Below are positions 58,226 to 64,000 of a stretch of DNA of 64,000 nucleotides, piece after piece. Source of the stretch: Candidatus Krumholzibacteriales bacterium (GTDB taxonomy: Bacteria; Krumholzibacteriota; Krumholzibacteriia; Krumholzibacteriales; WJIX01); assembly GCA_046483305.1 (NCBI GenBank), contig JAWODM010000018.1, positions 1 through 64,000 on the forward strand. The letters run 5' to 3'. Under the pieces are notes generated by a model that searched no databases, was not told where the DNA came from, and saw nothing but the letters and a program-made list of their open reading frames with translations. How positions within the stretch are numbered: the first letter of the stretch is position 1; each line of letters begins with the position of its first letter. A program made the translations under genes and the position numbers.

Positions 58226-59497
58226 ATGATTGAACGTATAAAATTCCTGATTAATCGTATCAGAGAGCGACTGTGGGTAAAGCCTCTTGCAATGAGCCTG
58301 CTATCCATTGCCGCCGCGCTGGTCGCCAGAATAGCCGACAGTACCAACCTCGGCCTGGTGGTGCCAGTTGTTTCGACCGACTCCATCGATACTCTCCTGT
58401 CCATCATGGCCGCCAGTATGCTGACTATCGCTATCTTTGCGGTGGGGGCAATGGTGGCGGCCTATTCATCGGCGAGCAACACGGCATCGCCGAGGTCGTT
58501 TACACTGATAATCGCCGACGATATCTCTCAACGGGCCCTGTCAACTTTCATTGGAGCATTTATTTTCAGCATTGTGGGGCTGGTGGCTTCAAAGAATGAA
58601 TTTTTCGAAAGGGCAGGGAGTTTTGTCCTTTTTCTATTCACCCTGGCGATGTTCGGAATAGTCGTTGTACGGTTCGTCCGCTGGGTTGATCGAATTGCCC
58701 GGCTTGGCCGCCTTGGCAACACTATTCATAAAGTGGAAGAAGCCACCGCGGAGGCGATGAAGCGGTACCGGGATGCCCCGGCGGTTAAATGCCTGCCGGC
58801 AGGTTCAGTGCGGAGCCCGGATCATGCCATATACCCTGATTCCGTCGGTTACGTGCAGCGAATCGATCTCTCCAAACTGCAGTCCTGCACCATAAAGATT
58901 GATGGGCAGATTAAGGTTGAAGTCCTTCCGGGAGCCTTTATAACTCCAACTCGCCCGCTTGCGTACGTCAGTGGAGAATCTCAGTCTGATGAGGATTTTG
59001 ACGAAAGGGAGGTAGTTGAGGCCTTTCTGATCGGGGAAAGCCGGATGTTCGATAATGACCCGCGTTACGGCCTGGTGGTGATGTCGCAAATCGCTGACCG
59101 GGCGCTCTCGCCGGCGGTTAATGATTACGGAACCGCAATCGATATCATCGGAATCCTGGTGCGGCTGTTCGTGATGTGGGCCGCTCCCGGCGAGGAAGAA
59201 TCCGATTCGGAGGCAGAATATGACCGTGTCGAGGTTCCTGAGTTATCAGTCCGGGATATGTTTGACGACGCGTTCACGGCGATTGCCCGTGACGGAAGCG
59301 GTGCAGTGGAGGTGGCGACCCGAATACAGCAATCTCTATCCTCTCTGGCATTGATTGGTGATTCTTCAATGCGCGAAGCCGCAATACACCATGCCCGCCG
59401 GGCTCTTGCCTATGCGGAGAAACGGCTGGACAACCCCCAGGATCTTGAATTGGTTCGCGAGCTGGCGGATTTCGCGAGAAAAGAGAATAACTCCTGA
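58226..59497 (+). CDS. DUF2254 membrane protein
   Basis: LWVKP, LLSIMAASML, ASPR, GYVQRID, DPRYGL...IADRALSPAVND.GTA, IARDG. Start at ATG 58226. Confidence 0.9.
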   Translation: MIERIKFLINRIRERLWVKPLAMSLLSIAAALVARIADSTNLGLVVPVVSTDSIDTLLSIMAASMLTIAIFAVGAMVAAYSSASNTASPRSFTLIIADDISQRALSTFIGAFIFSIVGLVASKNEFFERAGSFVLFLFTLAMFGIVVVRFVRWVDRIARLGRLGNTIHKVEEATAEAMKRYRDAPAVKCLPAGSVRSPDHAIYPDSVGYVQRIDLSKLQSCTIKIDGQIKVEVLPGAFITPTRPLAYVSGESQSDEDFDEREVVEAFLIGESRMFDNDPRYGLVVMSQIADRALSPAVNDYGTAIDIIGILVRLFVMWAAPGEEESDSEAEYDRVEVPELSVRDMFDDAFTAIARDGSGAVEVATRIQQSLSSLALIGDSSMREAAIHHARRALAYAEKRLDNPQDLELVRELADFARKENNS

Positions 59498-59647
59498 TAA
59501 AATCGGCTTTATGTAATTTTCAGCCGGAACGGCACAGCTCAAAACGCGCGCGCCCTGAAAGTAAGAATATATTGCAAGGAGTAGAAACTCTATATGAAAG
59601 AGCGCCTGATGCCTCAAATCCTTCAGTTAATTCGTGGCAAAAAATAC

Positions 59648-59676
59648 TTGATTTGTCCGGGAACAGGTGATAATCT
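59648..59676 (+). promoter_or_regulatory. Putative promoter for kdpFABC
   Basis: TTGATT-17 nt-TAATCT with a TGn extension. Confidence 0.55.
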
Positions 59677-59763
59677 ACCGCACTGTATGAGCTTTATCAG
59701 CGACGGGGGCCGGATGAGATCGTATCTCCGGCATGTTCAAAGATTAATCCTGGGGTTAGGGAC

Positions 59764-59850
59764 ATGAATGGACTGACATTCTGGTTGATTTTATGCGGTT
59801 TAATTTTCATTTATCTGGGATACGTTCTGATCAAACCGGAGAAGTTCTGA
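59764..59850 (+). CDS. kdpF: K+-transporting ATPase subunit F (28 aa; absent from the ORF track)
   Basis: MNGLTFWLILCGLIFIYLGYVLIKPEKF*: single TM with the typical YL..L..PEKF end. Its stop abuts the kdpA ATG. Confidence 0.93.
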   Translation: MNGLTFWLILCGLIFIYLGYVLIKPEKF

Positions 59851-61587
59851 ATGATTACTTCAATCCTGTTGCCTCTGATATTCTTCTTCCTGATTCTGGC
59901 GGCACTGGTATATATCCTTGGCGAATATCTGGCCTGGGTCTTTCGCAGGGAAATGGATACGGGAAAAGATAAGGAATCCTCTGTACCGGTACTGACCAGA
60001 TATCTCGAAAAGCCATTAATGGGGCCGTTGGAAAGATTCATATACAGGGTTTGCGGTATCGACCCCGACCATTCGATGGGCTGGAAGGAATATTTCCTTT
60101 CGGGGTTTATCCTCAACGTAATTCTGTTCGTATTTCTCTATCTCGTGTTCATTCTTCAGGGAGCGTTCCCCCTTAATCCCGATGGAATGCCTGGAATCAG
60201 CTGGCACCTGGCCTTCCATAACGCCGCGACCTTCGTAAGCAACACCAATCAGCAGCACTACTCCGGAGAGATCAGCCTGAGCTACTTCTCCCAATTGTTC
60301 GCTGTGGTCCTGGCCATGTTCCTGTCAGCCGGTACCGGGATGGCCTATATGGTAGGTTTTGCCAGGGGGTTGTTGAACAAGGAGGATCCTTACCTGGGAA
60401 ACTTCTATACCGCCTTTATAAAATCCGTGTCCAGGTTCCTGCTGCCCCTGAGTTTCCTGGTCGCCCTGGTACTTCTTGCGCAGGGGGTCCCGCAGACGAT
60501 GAAAGGGGCGGTGGAGGTGCAGACCCTGGAAGGAGCGGGCCAGGTTATCTCAAGGGGGCCGGTGGCGGCGCTGGAGGCGATCAAGATGGTCGGAACTAAC
60601 GGGGGAGGGTTCTTCGGAGCCAACGCGGCGCATCCCTACGAGAATCCAACCCCTCTTACCAACCTTCTGCTGAACCTGGTTCTGCTTGCGGCACCTATGG
60701 CCATGGTGTACGCTTTCGGCGTCTGGATGCGCAAAAGACGGCACGGAGTAATTATTCTAACTGCGGCATTCCTTATAATCGTGGCGCTTCTGGGTATGGG
60801 TATCCTGGGAGAAACAGGACCCAATCCGGCCTTTCAGGAGTTGGGCCTTGACCAGTCTGCGGGGAACATGGAGGGTAAGGAAACCAGATTCGGTGTAACC
60901 CTTAGCGCCCTTTGGGGAGTTTCCACCACTTCGACCACCAGCGGAGCGGTAAACTCGATGCATGACAGCTTCAATCCCCTGGGACAACTTGCCTTATTCC
61001 TGGGTATGAGCATGAACTGCCTGGTAGCCGGCGTTGGAACTGGATTGCTCAACCTGTTGACCTATGTGCTTATCTGTGTTTTCATCGGGTCACAGATGGT
61101 GGGAAGAACGCCCAGCTACCTGGGAAAGAGAGTTGAACCATACGAAATCAAATGGGCCGCCATAATAATCCTGCTTCTCCCCACCCTGGTGCTGTTTCCC
61201 ACCTCTCTGGCCCTGGTAACGGATACCGGCCGGGAAGGGATCACCAATTCCGGCTACCACGGCCTGAGCCAGATAATATACGAATACTTTTCAGCCGCGG
61301 CTAATAACGGCAGCGGTTTTGAAGGGCTGAAGGACAATACGGTCTTTTATAACCTGTCCTGTGGAATCGTCATATTGGTGGCCCGGTATCTGCCGATACT
61401 TCTTCAGATGATAATTGCCGGTTCATTCGCCAGAAAGAAATTACGCCCTGAAACGGTTGGCACCATGAAAGTGGAAAGCATAGCTTTCCTGGTACTGTTC
61501 ATAGGAGTGCTGATTATAATAAGCGGGCTGGTCTTTATCCCGGCTTTCGCTCTGGGCCCCATAGCGGAAATACTGCAAGGCCTGTAG
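59851..61587 (+). CDS. kdpA: K+-transporting ATPase subunit A
   Basis: NTNQQHYSGE, GTNGGGFFGANAAHPYENP, GNMEGKETRFG, GAVNSMHDS, GRTP, ANNGSGF. Confidence 0.98.
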   Translation: MITSILLPLIFFFLILAALVYILGEYLAWVFRREMDTGKDKESSVPVLTRYLEKPLMGPLERFIYRVCGIDPDHSMGWKEYFLSGFILNVILFVFLYLVFILQGAFPLNPDGMPGISWHLAFHNAATFVSNTNQQHYSGEISLSYFSQLFAVVLAMFLSAGTGMAYMVGFARGLLNKEDPYLGNFYTAFIKSVSRFLLPLSFLVALVLLAQGVPQTMKGAVEVQTLEGAGQVISRGPVAALEAIKMVGTNGGGFFGANAAHPYENPTPLTNLLLNLVLLAAPMAMVYAFGVWMRKRRHGVIILTAAFLIIVALLGMGILGETGPNPAFQELGLDQSAGNMEGKETRFGVTLSALWGVSTTSTTSGAVNSMHDSFNPLGQLALFLGMSMNCLVAGVGTGLLNLLTYVLICVFIGSQMVGRTPSYLGKRVEPYEIKWAAIIILLLPTLVLFPTSLALVTDTGREGITNSGYHGLSQIIYEYFSAAANNGSGFEGLKDNTVFYNLSCGIVILVARYLPILLQMIIAGSFARKKLRPETVGTMKVESIAFLVLFIGVLIIISGLVFIPAFALGPIAEILQGL

Positions 61588-61593
61588 GTAAAA

Positions 61594-63621
61594 ATGGAAA
61601 AGAAACAGATAAATCAGGCTCTTCGAGACTCCGTGGTCAAGCTCGACCCCAGGTACCTGGTCAAGAATCCGGTCCTGTTCGTAGTGGAGCTAACCACTAT
61701 AGTTACCATCATGATGATGATCACCCCTGGTTTCTTCGCCGGCGCGGAAAGCAGAGCATATTACGGATTTATCGCCGGAATACTGATATTCACGCTTTTA
61801 TTTGCAACATTTGCGGAATCCCTGGCCGAGGCTCAGGGCGAGGCTCACACCGAGAGCCTGCGGGCTATGAAAGAAAACGTCAGAGCAAACCGCCTGAAGA
61901 AAGATGTGCCGCTGAAGGAGATAAAGGAAGATGACTTCGAGGAGGTGGATGCGGAGGAGCTGCAAAAGGGCGACCTGATAATCGTCAGAAAGGGAGAGCA
62001 GATACCCGGGGACGGCACCATTGTGGAGGGGTCGGCTTCCATCGACGAGTCGGCGATTACCGGCGAGGCAGAGCCGGTGATCCGCCAGAGCGGAACAGAC
62101 GCCAGTTCTGTCACCGGCGGTACCGAGGTGCTGAGCGACCAGATAAAGGTTGAAATAAGTGTGGAGGCCGGAGAATCATTTCTGGATCAGATGATATCGA
62201 TGGTGGAAAGCGCTAAACGGGAAAAAACCCCCAGTGAGATATCACTCACCGTACTGCTGGCCAGCTTTACCTTCATCTATATGCTTGTCATCAGCACTAT
62301 GTCATTTTTCGGACGGTACGTTAACATGACAGTGGATGTGGCCAATCAGATAGCGCTGCTGATAGGGCTGATGCCCACCACCGTCGGAGCCCTCCTCTCG
62401 GCGATACGGATTGCCGGAATGACCAGGGTGACCAAACACAACGTTATAGCCAAATCTGGAAAAGCGGTGGAATCTGCCGGCGACCTGGACGTCCTGGTTC
62501 TGGACAAGACCGGAACCATTACCACCGGGGAACGGGTGACCATCGCCTTTATTCCACTGGGAGGCCATAGCGAGGAAGAAGTTGCCGAGGTGGCATTGAA
62601 GGCCTCTCTATACGATCAGACTACCGAGGGCCGCTCGGTGGTAGCACTGGCGAAACAGCAGGGCCTGGAGATCAATGAAGATGAACTTCCGGAAGACAAC
62701 TTCGTGGAATTCTCCGCGGAAACCGGAATGAGCGGCATAAATCTGCCTGGCGGGCAGGAATTACGCAAGGGGTCGCTGGAAGCTGTCAGAGAAGTAGCGG
62801 ATTCCATTCCGGACGACCTGGAAGAGAAGGGAAACCAGGTCGCCGACTCAGGAGGAACCCCTCTCGCGGTTCTGGTGGACAGGGAGATCATCGGCATTAT
62901 CCACCTCCAGGACGAATTGAAGGAAGGAATAGGAGAACGTATTGCAGAACTGCAGAAGATGGGCATAAAAGCTGTAATGTGTACGGGTGATAACGAGCGT
63001 ACCGCCCGTTATATTGCCGAAAAGGCGGGCATTGATGAATACTACTCAGGGTTCAAGCCGGAACAGAAAATAAATCTGGTCCGGGAGATTCGAGCGGAAG
63101 GCAATCTGGTCGGTATGACCGGCGACGGCACCAACGACGCCCCGGCTCTGGCACAGGCCGATCTGGGCCTTGCCATGAACGCGGGCACAGTGGCCGCCAA
63201 GGAAGCCGGCAATATGGTTGACCTGGATTCCGATCCGACAAAACTGATAGAGGTTGTCGGTATAGGCAAACAGCTACTGATGACCCGCGGTTCACTTACC
63301 ACCTTCAGCATAGCCAACGATGTGTCCCGTTACTTCGCCCTGGTACCCGCTATTTTCGCCACCGGAGCGCCGATACTCGGCAAGATCAATCTGCTCAATC
63401 TGCACTCCGCCCAGAGCACCATTATTGCCTCGCTGATTTACAACGCCCTGATAATTCCTTTTCTGATACCGCTGGCTATGCGGGGGGTAGATTATAAACC
63501 GGTCAGCGCCTCAAGGCTGCTGACCAAGAACCTGTTGACATACGGGGGCGCCGGATTCGTGGCCCCCTTCATAAGCATCAAACTGATTGACTCTTTCCTG
63601 GTCTACCTCGGTTTTTTCTAG
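61594..63621 (+). CDS. kdpB: K+-transporting ATPase subunit B (P-type)
   Basis: [44 protein letters not shown]. Confidence 0.98.
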   Translation: MEKKQINQALRDSVVKLDPRYLVKNPVLFVVELTTIVTIMMMITPGFFAGAESRAYYGFIAGILIFTLLFATFAESLAEAQGEAHTESLRAMKENVRANRLKKDVPLKEIKEDDFEEVDAEELQKGDLIIVRKGEQIPGDGTIVEGSASIDESAITGEAEPVIRQSGTDASSVTGGTEVLSDQIKVEISVEAGESFLDQMISMVESAKREKTPSEISLTVLLASFTFIYMLVISTMSFFGRYVNMTVDVANQIALLIGLMPTTVGALLSAIRIAGMTRVTKHNVIAKSGKAVESAGDLDVLVLDKTGTITTGERVTIAFIPLGGHSEEEVAEVALKASLYDQTTEGRSVVALAKQQGLEINEDELPEDNFVEFSAETGMSGINLPGGQELRKGSLEAVREVADSIPDDLEEKGNQVADSGGTPLAVLVDREIIGIIHLQDELKEGIGERIAELQKMGIKAVMCTGDNERTARYIAEKAGIDEYYSGFKPEQKINLVREIRAEGNLVGMTGDGTNDAPALAQADLGLAMNAGTVAAKEAGNMVDLDSDPTKLIEVVGIGKQLLMTRGSLTTFSIANDVSRYFALVPAIFATGAPILGKINLLNLHSAQSTIIASLIYNALIIPFLIPLAMRGVDYKPVSASRLLTKNLLTYGGAGFVAPFISIKLIDSFLVYLGFF

Positions 63622-63658
63622 ACCGGCGGGAGTATAATATCTGGAGGAACTCTGATAG

Positions 63659-64000
63659 ATGGTTGATGAAAAAGAATCAAAAGAAGAGCGGAAGAAGGAA
63701 AGCGAGGCTGCCCCGGCGGAATCCGGGGGCCGGATGGCTGCAGATGAGAAAGACGAGAAAGAGATTCCGACACCCGAACCGGAGCCCTTTCTGCGCCACT
63801 TCTCCAGCAGCCTGCGTTTGCTGATTGCCGGGGTACTGATTTACGCCGTGTTATATCCGGCCGTGCTCCTTCTGGCCGGAAAGGTCTTCTGGGGCGATAA
63901 ATCCGAAGGAAGCATGGTTCATATTGACGGTAAAATTATCGGGGCAGAATTGATTGGGCAATCCTTCGTTTCAGAAAAGTTCTTTCATCCACGCCCCTCT
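63659..64000 (+). CDS. kdpC: K+-transporting ATPase subunit C (partial, runs off the window)
   Basis: GGAGG RBS, ATG 63659. Translation includes LYPAVL...GSMV...IIGAELIGQSF...FFHPRPS. Confidence 0.93.
   Translation, partial: MVDEKESKEERKKESEAAPAESGGRMAADEKDEKEIPTPEPEPFLRHFSSSLRLLIAGVLIYAVLYPAVLLLAGKVFWGDKSEGSMVHIDGKIIGAELIGQSFVSEKFFHPRPS

Overview
Mostly core-genome chromosome of a diderm bacterium. LpxH, a BamA/TamA protein, a PorV-like barrel, C-terminally sorted secreted proteins and a short RpoD-family sigma point to an FCB-superphylum lineage such as Ca. Krumholzibacteriota or a relative (inference). Bases 1-21 kb hold a long minus-strand housekeeping run: sigma70, M23 peptidase, amidase, cdaR, vanZ, hisS, aspS, two lipoproteins, phoH, 7TM-HD, ybeY, CorC, DUF502, mgtE, recO, glyQS. 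Bases 22-33.5 kb hold the most interesting block. There, a small secreted acidic protein gene sits just upstream of a 1017-aa TPR-GAF-AAA+-HTH sigma54 activator. Next comes a ~1 kb structured intergenic region with a candidate sRNA and a sigma54 promoter, then an FN3 lipoprotein, an M6-type pseudo-protease with a C-terminal sorting domain, and a PorV-like barrel. This may be an RRNPP-like peptide-sensing sigma54 circuit. The rest contains an NtrX-like regulator, ppx, rlmN, a SigW-like ECF operon with its own promoter, eno-ftsB-tRNA-fMet, a tricorn/C1-peptidase/SSS/OMP cluster, ktrBA with a structured leader, a domain-swapped ADP-forming acyl-CoA synthetase, and kdpFABC (kdpC cut by the window edge; KdpB has TGEA instead of TGES). 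A MITE-like family occurs at 68-331 and 42309-42610, the latter carrying a nested element. No CRISPR array, rRNA, transposase or prophage was found.
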